Source: an uncultured Latescibacterota bacterium (GTDB lineage Bacteria; Latescibacterota; UBA2968). Taken from it: DNA of 64,000 nucleotides. Every line of letters starts with the position of its first letter. Within the stretch, counting starts at the first letter, position 1. Below the pieces are notes generated by a model. It was not told the origin of the DNA. It made no database searches and saw nothing but the letters and a program-made list of their open reading frames with translations. The stretch covers positions 2,880,385 to 2,944,384 of the forward strand of contig OY282377.1 in NCBI GenBank assembly GCA_958295785.1, read 5' to 3'. The translations under genes and the position numbers were made by a program. Below, piece after piece: positions 37,910-47,822 of the stretch.

Positions 37910-38503
37910 ATGGACATGAGAAACATCCTATTGGTCGTTTGCATTCCATTGGGTTTGATGCTCATCGCGCCAAGTGACGCACAACAACCAGTCAGTCAAA
38001 AACCTGCACAAAATACAAGTGTATCACAAAATCAAACCGAACTTGGCAAGTTGATCGGCACTGTTGAACAACTGGACAAACGGCTTGAACGAGTTGAAAA
38101 TAGGCTTGAACGAGTTGAAAATAGACAAAACGAGTTAGATGAAAAGATGGACGACAAGTTTGATGAATTGAACAAACGGATTGATGAGTTGGACAAACAG
38201 AACAACTACAAGTTTGAACGGATAAATAATCGGATGAACGCCGAGTTTAAACAGTTGAATAATCGGATGGATACCATGTTTTATTGGATTATGGGCGTCA
38301 TTGTGGCTTTTGGTGTTCCCATGATCATTCCCATTTTCATCCCCTTTGCCCTTGACAGTTACAGACGTTGGAAAGACAGCAGGCCCAGTCCCCCGTCTCC
38401 TGTCTCAAGCCCCCAAGCAGTCAGCGGTCAGGAGTCAACAAAGCAAGCGACTGGTGGTCAGGAGTCAGCGGTCAGTCCGCCCCGTCCCTTGTCTGAATCA
38501 TAG
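37910..38503 (+). CDS. Exported coiled-coil repeat protein with a C-terminal TM helix (Bdr-like)
   Basis: Signal-peptide-like N-terminus; RLERVEN x2; TM segment FYWIMGVIVAFGVPMIIPIFIPF. Confidence 0.8.
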   Translation: MDMRNILLVVCIPLGLMLIAPSDAQQPVSQKPAQNTSVSQNQTELGKLIGTVEQLDKRLERVENRLERVENRQNELDEKMDDKFDELNKRIDELDKQNNYKFERINNRMNAEFKQLNNRMDTMFYWIMGVIVAFGVPMIIPIFIPFALDSYRRWKDSRPSPPSPVSSPQAVSGQESTKQATGGQESAVSPPRPLSES

Positions 38504-38619
38504 AGACGAGAGAGACGGACCAACGCACATGGGACGGATGGGCGGGGATGCAGTAGGCGCGAAGGACATGGGTTTTAATTCGCGCAATCCCTAAATCCGC
38601 GACAATCCGCGATCCAGAC

Positions 38620-38660
38620 AAAAAAACGCCATCGGCAAATCGCTGATGGCGTTTGTGTTT
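38620..38660. terminator. Bidirectional intrinsic terminator
   Basis: AAACGCCATCGGC-loop-GCTGATGGCGTTT hairpin. Confidence 0.65.
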
Positions 38661-38807
38661 ATTGGGCGCAGACAATCCGCAACGCAAGAAGGCGCAGGTG
38701 CTCAATGGTTTGAGGTTCGATTTCGCCTCGTGCTTTCAGCCGTTGCACATCGCCATAGATATGCAGAATTGAGCATGTGGTGGGTTTGGGGGTGATGCCA
38801 TTGACCT

Positions 38808-38921
38808 TTATGAGATTATTAAGCTGTTGGAATGACCCGTTCCTCGCTCTCCTGTTCGGGATGCGGATTGATACAGAATATCCGCTTCGCGGTCATACTG
38901 AAAAGTCAGGTTCGTTGCCAT
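38808..38921 (-). pseudogene. Decayed DUF2283-like small protein
   Basis: RBS AGGAGG; MATNLTFQYDREADILY, followed by INPHPEQESEE in a shifted frame. Confidence 0.5.
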
Positions 38922-39005
38922 TTGATGTCCCCTCCTGTTGCCTATTTTCTGGCGATACATGTTTGTGGCGTGGCGGTTTGTCATATCTCCAAATGTCCGA
39001 AGGGA

Positions 39006-41312
39006 TTAAAACCTCACAACGCCGTTTTGATCTCGTCTCTCGGCGCGCAGGGGCTCATCTGTCCAAACCGTCAACTCGCCGCCACGGGGCAGGGGCACGG
39101 TGACGAGGCCGCCACCTTGCAGCGCGGGTTTGCCTTTGGGCGCGTCATCGGCTTTGTGCGGTCTCAAGATGGCGATGACCATGGCCTCTTTTTGCGGTGC
39201 GGTGGTCTCTGCTGTCAGGTGGTATTCCGCAAGTTGAATCCGATCCCGCGGCGGCGGGTTGAACTGATCGGTTTGGCTGATTTTCAAATCGGCTGGATGC
39301 AGCAACGAGACCACACATCCCGCGTTGCCAGTCGCGATTTTTATCGTCTGTCCATCAACCGCCATTTCTGTCTCGGCGTGTAAGTGGTATTGAAATATCG
39401 AAGCCTCGTTTGCCACCACCGTATCGCAAATCACCACGACATCGGGTTTGGCAAACAAGATCTGTCGCGTGAACTTTTTCAGCTTTCCCGAATAGGCTGG
39501 AGCCGCTTCTCCGGCGACGTAATCAAAGGCGGCTGATGTGCGAAAAGCCAAAATTTCACCTGTGGCAGCCGCGTGGTTTCGCAACTGACTCTCGTTGTTG
39601 ACCGTGATGCAGTTGGTCGATTTGGTGTGGTGCATCCAATTCTTGTGGTGGTCGCTGCCGTGAATATCGCGTTGCCCGGTGTGGATCAACAGCCGCTCGC
39701 CAAACGCAAAGAGCGAAAATGAATTTTGCGCGTCAAAGCCGTGACTTTGAGACCCCAAGGGACTGCTCTTAAAAATGACCGCCACATTGTTCGCGCCATC
39801 CGTCAAATCCGTATTCATCACCGCCAACCCCGTGCCGCGAAAACACTTTGAAGTGGGCAAATCCACCGGTGCTTTGGCGACCACCTTGGGCAATGCGCCC
39901 CGCACAAAGTCGATATAGCGCGACTGCCCTGCGCCGACAGCATTCAAACGCTCGTCTGCACTTTCGGCTTTTGCGGCCTTTGGATGCGCTTCCACGTACC
40001 ATTGCCAGTATGGGTTGCGCGCCTGCGCCGCCAGTGTGCTCATCAAATCGCAATTTTGATCGGATGTTCTCGTGGTCGTCAAATCGCCCACCCCGCCGCC
40101 TCGGGTGCCGGGCGGTTGAAAATACATTGGCAGATCGCCAGCGCGTGCAAAATACGGCTTGCGATAGGCGTCGATCCCCATTGCCGCGTGCATAATATCT
40201 GCCCACCACGTAAAACGCTGGACATAACTCGCCCAATATTGCAACCCCTGATGCCAACCGCCATCCTCGTCACACCACGCGGGATAGACCGCGGCAAACA
40301 CATTCATCGCAAACCACACCCATTCTTCGGCTTCGGGGATCTCATCCAAAAACGCGATGCCAATTTCACCCAAAAAATGCCACGCACGCCCGGCGTGGCT
40401 GCCGTAGGGATGCCACAAATACTGCATCTCGGTTGCCAGATGATCGCACATCTCGCGGCCTTGCACCCGCATCACCTCGCGGCAGAGTTCGCGCTCTTCT
40501 TCGCGCAACAAATCGTTGACAAACGAATAGGTTCGGGAAAAATAATAATTGTAGGGCATGCCCGCTTCGTCATTGTACCGATACCCAGTCGCCCCAAGGG
40601 GATCCCACTGGGCACATGCCAGAAGCAATTCTTTTGCCTTTTCACCATAGTGATTTTGACCGCCCAAAAGCCGCGTGAACGCCAGCGTCGCCGCGCTGTT
40701 CAACACGCGAATGGTGTACATCCGATTGCCCCACCAGATCTCTCGCCATGCTTCGCTCAACCAAACCGTGCCTTCCGGATACAGCGGCGGTTCTTCGGTG
40801 GGCGGAACATCGGTCAATATGTCTTCGCATGTAGCGACTAAATCGTCGTAAATCGGTTTGAGATCGCCCTGCGCCCGTGCGCGCAAATCATCCAACTGCT
40901 CGGGGCGCACAAACAAACGCGGATGGCTTTTTGGGATGCGCCCGATCAATTCTCCGCGTTTGGGCAAGGGCAAGGCTTTCGCGCCTTGGGCAATTGCAAA
41001 CCCGCGCCCCGAACTCCAATTTGACACGCGACCCTCTCTATCGGCAAATCGAAACCGCCAATACCATTGCCCAAGCGCGAACACTTCTGCCGGGCGATGG
41101 GCCGTATAGCGCACCCCTCGCGCCTCGTATTCGATTTTTGAAAAATCCGCCACCCGGGCGCATTGAATGTCATAACTCGCCGCGTGTACTTGCGGGCGCC
41201 ACACAAATGCCGGGGGCGTCTCCTCTGTCGTCACATCCTGCGGTCTGAAGCCCCATTCCCCTGGCCGTGCGGGTGTTTCGTCAATTGTCAATGCCATTTT
41301 AGTCCCTTTCAT
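39006..41312 (-). CDS. DUF4962 / heparinase II/III-like polysaccharide lyase
   Basis: Motifs HPRLFV, DGGWHQGLQYW, SHGFDAQNSF and STNCITVN. Start is 41312 or 41297. Confidence 0.85.
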   Translation of the reverse strand: MKGTKMALTIDETPARPGEWGFRPQDVTTEETPPAFVWRPQVHAASYDIQCARVADFSKIEYEARGVRYTAHRPAEVFALGQWYWRFRFADREGRVSNWSSGRGFAIAQGAKALPLPKRGELIGRIPKSHPRLFVRPEQLDDLRARAQGDLKPIYDDLVATCEDILTDVPPTEEPPLYPEGTVWLSEAWREIWWGNRMYTIRVLNSAATLAFTRLLGGQNHYGEKAKELLLACAQWDPLGATGYRYNDEAGMPYNYYFSRTYSFVNDLLREEERELCREVMRVQGREMCDHLATEMQYLWHPYGSHAGRAWHFLGEIGIAFLDEIPEAEEWVWFAMNVFAAVYPAWCDEDGGWHQGLQYWASYVQRFTWWADIMHAAMGIDAYRKPYFARAGDLPMYFQPPGTRGGGVGDLTTTRTSDQNCDLMSTLAAQARNPYWQWYVEAHPKAAKAESADERLNAVGAGQSRYIDFVRGALPKVVAKAPVDLPTSKCFRGTGLAVMNTDLTDGANNVAVIFKSSPLGSQSHGFDAQNSFSLFAFGERLLIHTGQRDIHGSDHHKNWMHHTKSTNCITVNNESQLRNHAAATGEILAFRTSAAFDYVAGEAAPAYSGKLKKFTRQILFAKPDVVVICDTVVANEASIFQYHLHAETEMAVDGQTIKIATGNAGCVVSLLHPADLKISQTDQFNPPPRDRIQLAEYHLTAETTAPQKEAMVIAILRPHKADDAPKGKPALQGGGLVTVPLPRGGELTVWTDEPLRAERRDQNGVVRF

Positions 41313-41474
41313 TTGATGGGTTGCAAGTAGAGGCGAATCGCTCCGTTGATGAACTGCTAACGCAGTTGTACCTCGTTCCCGACATTTGGGCGGGCAGGGG
41401 GCACCTGCGATTCGTTTATTCGTCTATTCTGATATTACGAAAAAAATACGGACGAACAAACGATAAATTAGTCC

Positions 41475-41504
41475 TTGACATCTCCCGATTTATCGGGTTA
41501 TATT
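41475..41504 (+). promoter_or_regulatory. Sigma70-like promoter with a palindrome in the spacer
   Basis: TTGACA (41475-41480) and TATATT (41499-41504); palindrome CCCGAT-TT-ATCGGG at 41484-41497. Confidence 0.7.
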
Positions 41505-41731
41505 TGCGTGAACAGGACGACGCAAATCGTCAGGCGGCGAGCCGCTCGAAAAGGTTCTCGCCCGCGTGTTTCACATCGGTCTTTTCAATGGCCGGCCTCG
41601 TAACCGCCATTCGGTACCCGGCTCGGAAAGCGATTTCTTCAAAGACCGCCGCGCACACGCGAGGCACACGGAAAGTTCATTGAACCGCGAGTGGGAGTGA
41701 CAGGCTGCAACGCACACAAGAGGAGGTCGAT

Positions 41732-41791
41732 ATGCCACCTATCTGTACCACGCGATCGGGCAGCATCGTGACCTCTCCCCCGATCGTCTGA
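41732..41791 (+). CDS. Putative 19-aa small peptide MPPICTTRSGSIVTSPPIV
   Basis: Near-perfect SD GAGGAGGT ending 4 nt before the ATG. Confidence 0.35.
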   Translation: MPPICTTRSGSIVTSPPIV

Positions 41792-41812
41792 CATAGAGGT
41801 TCCACAAACGCC

Positions 41813-41851
41813 AACGGCCGCGATCACTGTGATTGCGGCCGTTCTTTTTTT
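41813..41851 (+). terminator. Intrinsic terminator
   Basis: AACGGCCGCGATCAC-T-GTGATTGCGGCCGTT followed by a T run. Confidence 0.8.
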
Positions 41852-42432
41852 GGCCAAAGCGAGTTCAGCAGGCGGCGCGTCTCTCGGGGCGTGCGCGTGC
41901 GGAACACGGCGAGGTGGCGATGCTGCGGTTGCTCAAACGCGGCGATCAGGCCCTTCTTGCGCGACCAATGGGTCTGAAACGCCCACAGAAACAGGGAGTC
42001 CTTCGTAAAGAAGTGCCACCGCAACTTTTCGCGGTTTCCGTTCCAAAGCTCGGTGCGTTTTACAAATCGGCATATAGTGCGCCAGAAGAGGCGCCAGAAG
42101 ACGACCGGAAAGGCATAGTCGAGCCAGATGATGGCGGTTGCGCGTGTCCATACGAGATCGCGGCCGGCACTGTAATTGCCATCTGCGACCCATCCGTCTT
42201 CGGCGATGGCCTCGGCTATATTCTGCCTGAGAAGGTGGTTGGGCGTTTCGGTCCAGTTGGGGCCGTGCCGGTACGCGTCGAACTCGATGTGGGGAACGCC
42301 CATTCGGGAAGCGAGATGACAGGCGAGGGTCGTCTTTCCCGCGCCCGACGTTCCGATGACGACGACGCGGCGAAAGGCGTCTATGGGAGGGGTGTCGGTC
42401 ACGGAGTTTGCTCCGGTCAAACGGGCGGTCAC
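41824..42432 (-). CDS. P-loop kinase (adenylate kinase-related / topology modulation FlaR-like)
   Basis: Motifs GTSGAGKTT, WVADGNY and WNGNRE. The start may be the GTG at 42402. Confidence 0.87.
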   Translation of the reverse strand: MTARLTGANSVTDTPPIDAFRRVVVIGTSGAGKTTLACHLASRMGVPHIEFDAYRHGPNWTETPNHLLRQNIAEAIAEDGWVADGNYSAGRDLVWTRATAIIWLDYAFPVVFWRLFWRTICRFVKRTELWNGNREKLRWHFFTKDSLFLWAFQTHWSRKKGLIAAFEQPQHRHLAVFRTRTPRETRRLLNSLWPKKERPQSQ

Positions 42433-42474
42433 GGGGGCACGTCCCTACGATTCATTTTTTGTTTTTTTTCAAGC

Positions 42475-42514
42475 AAAACGGGCTACGACTTCTTGTCGTA
42501 ACCCGTTGTTTTTT
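42475..42514. terminator. Hairpin terminator downstream of the tRNA
   Basis: AACGGGCTACGAC-TTCTT-GTCGTAACCCGTT hairpin. Confidence 0.65.
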
Positions 42515-42537
42515 GCTGACCCAAGTCAGCGCGAGTT

Positions 42538-42613
<76 letters not shown>

Positions 42614-42777
42614 GCGTGGTTCACAAGATACAAAAGTGGGTGATTTTTGGCAACCTCAAAGCGGGGCACGACGCGAATATTACCACTGTTCAAAGGCATC
42701 GTGTTCGAGCCATTGTTCGGGTTCAGAGCACGTCAAAACAACCGCCAAACACAAAACACTGACAAACAAATAACCCG

Positions 42778-43038
42778 TCAGGCACTTGCCCGCAGATGTT
42801 TTGGCGTTGGCTGCCATGAAACGCGCTTTAAGTGCCACTCCAACACCTCGAGCGAAAAGGGATTGGGCAAATCCTTCAGAATCAGATCGTAGTGTCGGGC
42901 TTGCTGAAGCACCCGCGCTTCCTCCACATCGTTTGCCACATCGACATCGCAGCCCAAGTCAGCCAATTTTTTTTGCACAAAAGACCGCAACATGGGATCG
43001 GTTTCGGCCAATAAAATGGATTGTGAATAGGACATCAT
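42778..43038 (-). CDS. Truncated/atypical receiver-domain-like protein
   Basis: ILLAETDPMLR...YDLILKD matches only the first half of a REC domain. Confidence 0.55.
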   Translation of the reverse strand: MMSYSQSILLAETDPMLRSFVQKKLADLGCDVDVANDVEEARVLQQARHYDLILKDLPNPFSLEVLEWHLKRVSWQPTPKHLRASA

Positions 43039-43119
43039 AACCTCAACAGTTCATTCGCGTCATTTGAATGTTTCACACCCCATAGCGTTGCAGACGCGAG
43101 CGTTTGGCGACGGACAGAG

Positions 43120-44205
43120 CTAAAAAAATGAGGTCTCGAGCTTTTGATCGCGTTCATGGCGTTCAATGCCCAGTTGGATGAGGCGATCAATCAGTTCTGC
43201 ATAAGAAATCCCGCTGGCCTCCCACAGCTTGGGATACATGCTGATCCGCGTAAAACCGGGAATGGTGTTGACCTCATTCACCATAAAAGTGCCGTCGGGT
43301 CGAAAAAAGAAATCAGCGCGCGCCATCCCCTCGCAGCACAGCACTTGAAAGGTGCGAATGGCGAGGGCTTGCATCTGTTCGACAGCCTCTGCCGATAAAT
43401 TGGCGGGAATGTGCAATAACGCGCCTTTTTCATCCAGATATTTCGCCTCATAAGAATAAAACTCGTGCTGCGGCAAAACCTCGCCGGGCACAGAGACAAT
43501 GGGCGTTTCATTGCCCAACACCGAGCACTCAATTTCTCTGCCCGGGACAAACGCCTCGATCAGCACCTTATTGTCGTAGCGAAATGCGTCTTTCAAAGCC
43601 GGGATCAACGCCTCTTTGTCGCGTGCTTTGCTCACCCCAACCGAAGACCCCATGTTCGCGGGCTTTACAAACAGGGGCAATCCCAGTTCTGAAATGACAT
43701 CGTCTAAATTCAAGTCTTCCAACTGAAACCGATGCACGGTTCGCCATGCTGCCGTGGGAATGCCGGCGTCGCGCAGCAAGCGTTTCATCACGTCTTTGTC
43801 CATCCCCACAGCCGAGCCGAGCACATTGGGGCCCACATAGGGCACATCGGCCAACCTCAAAAACCCCTGCACAGTCCCGTCTTCGCCCAGCGGCCCGTGC
43901 AAGACGGGAAACACCACATCAACCGCACCGGATGTGGATTGCCCCACCAGTTCGCCGCGGCCTTCTGGCATCAACGTGACCAGCGCGTTTTGATCGGCAT
44001 CAGCCAGGCCCTCGGTCGTTGATTCGGGCAACAAGTGTTCGGCGTCGTCCAAAAACCACCGCCCCAATTTGTCGATCCCAATCGGCACCACCTCGTATTT
44101 GGTCTTGTCAATGGCGTCGATAATATTGCGTGCAGACTGCAAGGACACTTCATGCTCTGCCGACTTCCCGCCGAACAACACCCCCACGCGGATCTTTTTT
44201 TTCAT
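43120..44205 (-). CDS. ddl: D-alanine--D-alanine ligase
   Basis: Motifs GGKSAEHEVSLQSA, HGPLGEDGTVQG, KPANMGSSVG and NEVNTIPG. Confidence 0.97.
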   Translation of the reverse strand: MKKKIRVGVLFGGKSAEHEVSLQSARNIIDAIDKTKYEVVPIGIDKLGRWFLDDAEHLLPESTTEGLADADQNALVTLMPEGRGELVGQSTSGAVDVVFPVLHGPLGEDGTVQGFLRLADVPYVGPNVLGSAVGMDKDVMKRLLRDAGIPTAAWRTVHRFQLEDLNLDDVISELGLPLFVKPANMGSSVGVSKARDKEALIPALKDAFRYDNKVLIEAFVPGREIECSVLGNETPIVSVPGEVLPQHEFYSYEAKYLDEKGALLHIPANLSAEAVEQMQALAIRTFQVLCCEGMARADFFFRPDGTFMVNEVNTIPGFTRISMYPKLWEASGISYAELIDRLIQLGIERHERDQKLETSFF

Positions 44206-44530
44206 AACATCGCACCGGATAAGCGTTCAAAATGTCGTGAAAAAATAATAAGCCCAAATGGACAATAAAGGAAGGATAAAGTCAGAGATGAGGCGTAAGT
44301 TTCTCCACAAAAGACAAGAGATGAGCACGTAGGAGCGTGGCCTCTGTGCCCGCCCGAAGAGGTGAGAAGTACCCCGCCCAGTCCTGCCCCGCTGTGTGCG
44401 TCCATTTGCCGATTCATCCATTACTCGCTTCGCTACGTTGATGAACTTGTACTCCGTTCCGCCGATGAACGGCTAACGCTAACGCAGACCCGTTCGGCTC
44501 CGCTCAGGGCAAGGTTGTACCCCGTTTCGG

Positions 44531-45172
44531 CTATTCGTTGATTCGTCTATTTCTTCTGCGCCACCACCAGAAGCCGATCAGCCCCACAACCATGAGTATC
44601 GCCAGCACGCGGTTATACGTCTTGAGCACGGCGACCACGATCTGCCAGTTTTCCCCTACCATCAGACCAAAATAAACGAGCAGGCTATTCCACAACAACG
44701 TGCCAAACATGACATAAATCGTCATGCGTACCGGGTGCATCCGGCTGATGCCCGCCACAATGCCGACAAATATCCGCACGGTGGGAAAAAACCGGTTGAA
44801 GATGACAATTTTGTCGCCATAGCGATTGAACCATGTTTCGGTGCGGAGCAGGGTCTCTTCATTCAAAAATTTCAAATTTAACCGCAAAAAGAACGCCCGT
44901 CCCTTTACAAAAGCCACGCTGTAAAGGAGCAAACATCCCACCGCGCTGCCGATCCACATGGCAAAATAAGCGGGCCAAACCGCAATCACGCCAATCCCGG
45001 CCAAATACGCGCCAAAAACAATGAGGGTATCGCCCGGAATAGGGGGCACGACATTCTCTAAAAAAGCACCTAAAAACAAAAAAAAATAAATCCACCCTGG
45101 CGGTTGATCATTCAAATAGGCCAAAAAAGTTTCCCAGAGTTCTGTGAGGTATTCCAATGATACGCCTTTCAA
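44531..45172 (-). CDS. DedA family membrane protein
   Basis: Motifs LENVVPPIPGD and FNRFFPTVR. Start uncertain. Confidence 0.9.
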   Translation of the reverse strand: MKGVSLEYLTELWETFLAYLNDQPPGWIYFFLFLGAFLENVVPPIPGDTLIVFGAYLAGIGVIAVWPAYFAMWIGSAVGCLLLYSVAFVKGRAFFLRLNLKFLNEETLLRTETWFNRYGDKIVIFNRFFPTVRIFVGIVAGISRMHPVRMTIYVMFGTLLWNSLLVYFGLMVGENWQIVVAVLKTYNRVLAILMVVGLIGFWWWRRRNRRINE

Positions 45173-45261
45173 AGGTAAGAAGTAAGATGCTATCAGCTTT
45201 CAGCCCTCGCCGCTCCACCGCTAACCGCTGACCGCTAAGATACAAAAGGAGAGAGATATCC

Positions 45262-45300
45262 ACAGATGAACGCAGATGAACGCAGATGAACGCAGATGAA
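45262..45300 (+). repeat. 10-bp tandem repeat (CAGATGAACG)n, part of a dispersed family
   Basis: About 4 copies here; related copies at ~36511 (reverse), ~37750-37790 and ~51410. Confidence 0.85.
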
Positions 45301-45412
45301 ATATGGGGCGGGTCCTCTTGATTAAGGCATGAACTACAGGCTCTGTGCCCGCCTGAAGCAAGAGGCAAAACGCGAGAAGGGAATGGCATACACAGGCATG
45401 ACCCTGCGGGTA

Positions 45413-45840
45413 TAATACTAAATTGACTTTCTGTTGACCTGATATGATGCGATATGCTACCCGCAAGCGATCCCCTTGACCTTACGCAGTCATTCAGAGA
45501 AGCCATGGCAACCAGGCCATCCCAAAAGACCCTCCGATAAAGCCATCGCGCACAGCGCGCAAGGCCATCTCGCAACCCACAGCCATCTTGCAACCCACCT
45601 CGCAGGCCAACGCATGTCGTGCTGTTACAAAAGCGATTTGCGCTGTGCCAGCCTCTCGGCGCATGAGAGCGGCATTTTTGAACTGCTAAGGCAGTTGTAC
45701 CCCGCTCGCCTACTTTTTTTTGCTGTTAAAAAAAAGTAGGTCGCCGCTCGCCGTAGGCACAGGCGTAGCCAACGCATCAAAGGCAACCCACATGGAGGGG
45801 TTAGGGGGGTAGGTCCCGATAGTTTTGAGATAGCTTCTTA
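45413..45840. mobile_element. Chimeric MITE-like element (inverted partial copy of 50936-51404 joined to an end of the 36161-36441 family)
   Basis: 45413-45787 matches the reverse complement of 51057-51404; 45795-45840 matches 36397-36441. Confidence 0.8.
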
Positions 45841-46374
45841 GGGCTTGCCGAGGTTAAACCCTATTCCCACGGCGGCACGCAGGGCACTCGCGTCTTCTTC
45901 TTCGCCAATGACCCAGCGAATCTCGAACAAAATCTCCATCTTGCGGCGCAACAATTGTTTTTCCATGCCGATGAGAATAAAGTGAAGCGAGGCCTGGTAT
46001 TCACTTTGAAATTTGTTGGTGATCAATCTCTCGCGGCGCACGCGGTTCACCCCCAACCCGCCGCCCATATACGCAAAAGCGGTCCCAGATTTGTGCGGCC
46101 ACAAATACTTGAGAAAAGCCCCACCGCCTCTCGCCCGAATCTCTGTCCCGTCGAGGTCGGCTCCTCTGCCCGCCTCTGCGCCGATTTCGAGACGCAGATT
46201 GGGCGTAAATACCGTTGCGATATCGGCTTGAAGGACAAAGAAATGCCGCGTGTCATTTGCCTGCACAACATCCAAACCCACCTTGGTTGCCAGATTGTAA
46301 AGCCCAAAACCCGCCTGGGCACCCGATGCAAAAACAATCAAAACAAAAAATCCGACACCCGCAAAAACCCTCAT
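45838..46374 (-). CDS. Outer-membrane beta-barrel-like exported protein
   Basis: Signal peptide, alternating beta-strand pattern (AYMGGGLG) and a terminal VGIGFNL strand. Confidence 0.65.
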   Translation of the reverse strand: MRVFAGVGFFVLIVFASGAQAGFGLYNLATKVGLDVVQANDTRHFFVLQADIATVFTPNLRLEIGAEAGRGADLDGTEIRARGGGAFLKYLWPHKSGTAFAYMGGGLGVNRVRRERLITNKFQSEYQASLHFILIGMEKQLLRRKMEILFEIRWVIGEEEDASALRAAVGIGFNLGKP

Positions 46375-46422
46375 AATACACTCCTCGCAACACTGCTCGG
46401 CTGTGCCGGATGGAACGCCCTG

Positions 46423-46746
46423 TCACCCACGCGACGACGCGGCCAGTGCCAACTGTTTGAGATGAGAATAGGTATAAAGTCCCGTATCGTGTCCATCTGT
46501 CCACCGAAATTGAAGCGCGTAATTCCCCACGGGAACGACATCCGCCAGATCGACAGACGGTGTTTGATCCGTTGTAATCATCTGCAATTGCGCGGCTTGC
46601 TTTGCCCGCAACCCTTCGCACAAAGCACAGGGGCAAGCTTTTCGCACCTCATGCAACATCACGCGCAAAACCCCTTCGTCTGCCCACTCCGTTTCGAGCC
46701 ATCCCCTTGCGCGGTCAACGCGAATCCGTTTGGGTTTTTCTGCCAT
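46423..46746 (-). CDS. DUF971 / GBBH-like N-terminal domain protein
   Basis: Motifs CPCALC, VGNYAL and DGHDTGLY. Confidence 0.9.
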   Translation of the reverse strand: MAEKPKRIRVDRARGWLETEWADEGVLRVMLHEVRKACPCALCEGLRAKQAAQLQMITTDQTPSVDLADVVPVGNYALQFRWTDGHDTGLYTYSHLKQLALAASSRG

Positions 46747-46756
46747 AGCCCGTCCC

Positions 46757-47458
46757 CTAACGCCTCAAGGGATTTCTCAATCCCAATTCCTGAAGCAAGA
46801 TACCGTATCGCTCGCGCAGATCGCTTTGCAACGCGAACGCACGGTTGTAAGCAATGGCGGCGTCTTCAAAAAAGCCTTGAACTGTGAGTGCGCGCCCCAA
46901 GAGAATATAATTGAGCGCGTAATCGGGCGCGCGTTCTGTGGTCTCGCCGACCATGTCGAGGGCCTGTTCTGTGCGTCCCGTTTCTAAATAAATCCAACCC
47001 AACCCCTGATAGGCCGCGATGATATTGGGATCCAGAACAAGCCCCTGGTGATAAAATTGCTCTGCCAAAACCAGATCGCCCATCCGCTGATGCAAATAGC
47101 CAAGCGCGACCCAAATGCCTGAATTGGTTGAGTCCTGAACGGATAACTGTTGGCAGGCATCAATGGCTTGTGCGAAATTTTCCGCCCGCAAATGCGCCGA
47201 GATGAGCAGGCGCAATGCCTGTGTGTGCGCGGGATTTTGCAGCAAAATATCGCGCAATTCAGCCGCGGCAGCACTGGGGTCGCCAGCCTCTAAAGAAACG
47301 ACAGCGCGTTTCAATTTCGGATCGAGAATCGCAGCCATCGAATCAGATAGCGTCACCGCTGTCGTATCCACGACATCTGCACGCTCAAGCGCGTCTTGTG
47401 CATGGGCAACCGCCAAAAAAGAAAATACGACAAGTCCCACAATCCAGCGCAACATCAT
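46757..47458 (-). CDS. Exported tetratricopeptide-repeat protein
   Basis: Signal peptide and repeated A...LG.....G....A helices. Confidence 0.85.
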   Translation of the reverse strand: MMLRWIVGLVVFSFLAVAHAQDALERADVVDTTAVTLSDSMAAILDPKLKRAVVSLEAGDPSAAAAELRDILLQNPAHTQALRLLISAHLRAENFAQAIDACQQLSVQDSTNSGIWVALGYLHQRMGDLVLAEQFYHQGLVLDPNIIAAYQGLGWIYLETGRTEQALDMVGETTERAPDYALNYILLGRALTVQGFFEDAAIAYNRAFALQSDLRERYGILLQELGLRNPLRR

Positions 47459-47822
47459 AACACGATTCCAAAAAAAATCGCATCCTTGCGCGATTTAGAG
47501 ATGCGAGGGGCGTCCGTTATAGGGCCATTGCACCGCTGTCGCGGTTGTACTCCACTTAAAGGGGTAGCCAGCGGCGACATCCGAATGGGCAAAAGAGAAA
47601 ATTTTTATTCGTTGGCTTGGGCGTGCAGAAGGGCCAGGCTCGTAGATTTCAATGGCCGGGCGGTTGCGCCACATCACGAGTACGAGTTCGGGATCGAGGT
47701 CTATTCGCTGACAGATCAATTTGAACATCAAATAGGCACTTGCCATCAATTTTGTCATCGCACGCTCATAAGAATGGATTGGGCTATCGTCACAGTTTCA
47801 GCACTTTGCGATTGGCGGCGTA

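Larger units (their letters stand above)
41508..41851 (+). ncRNA. Candidate structured RNA (~340 nt) of unknown family, containing a 19-codon ORF
   Basis: Nested complementary segments lie between a promoter and a terminator; there is no long credible ORF. Confidence 0.5.
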
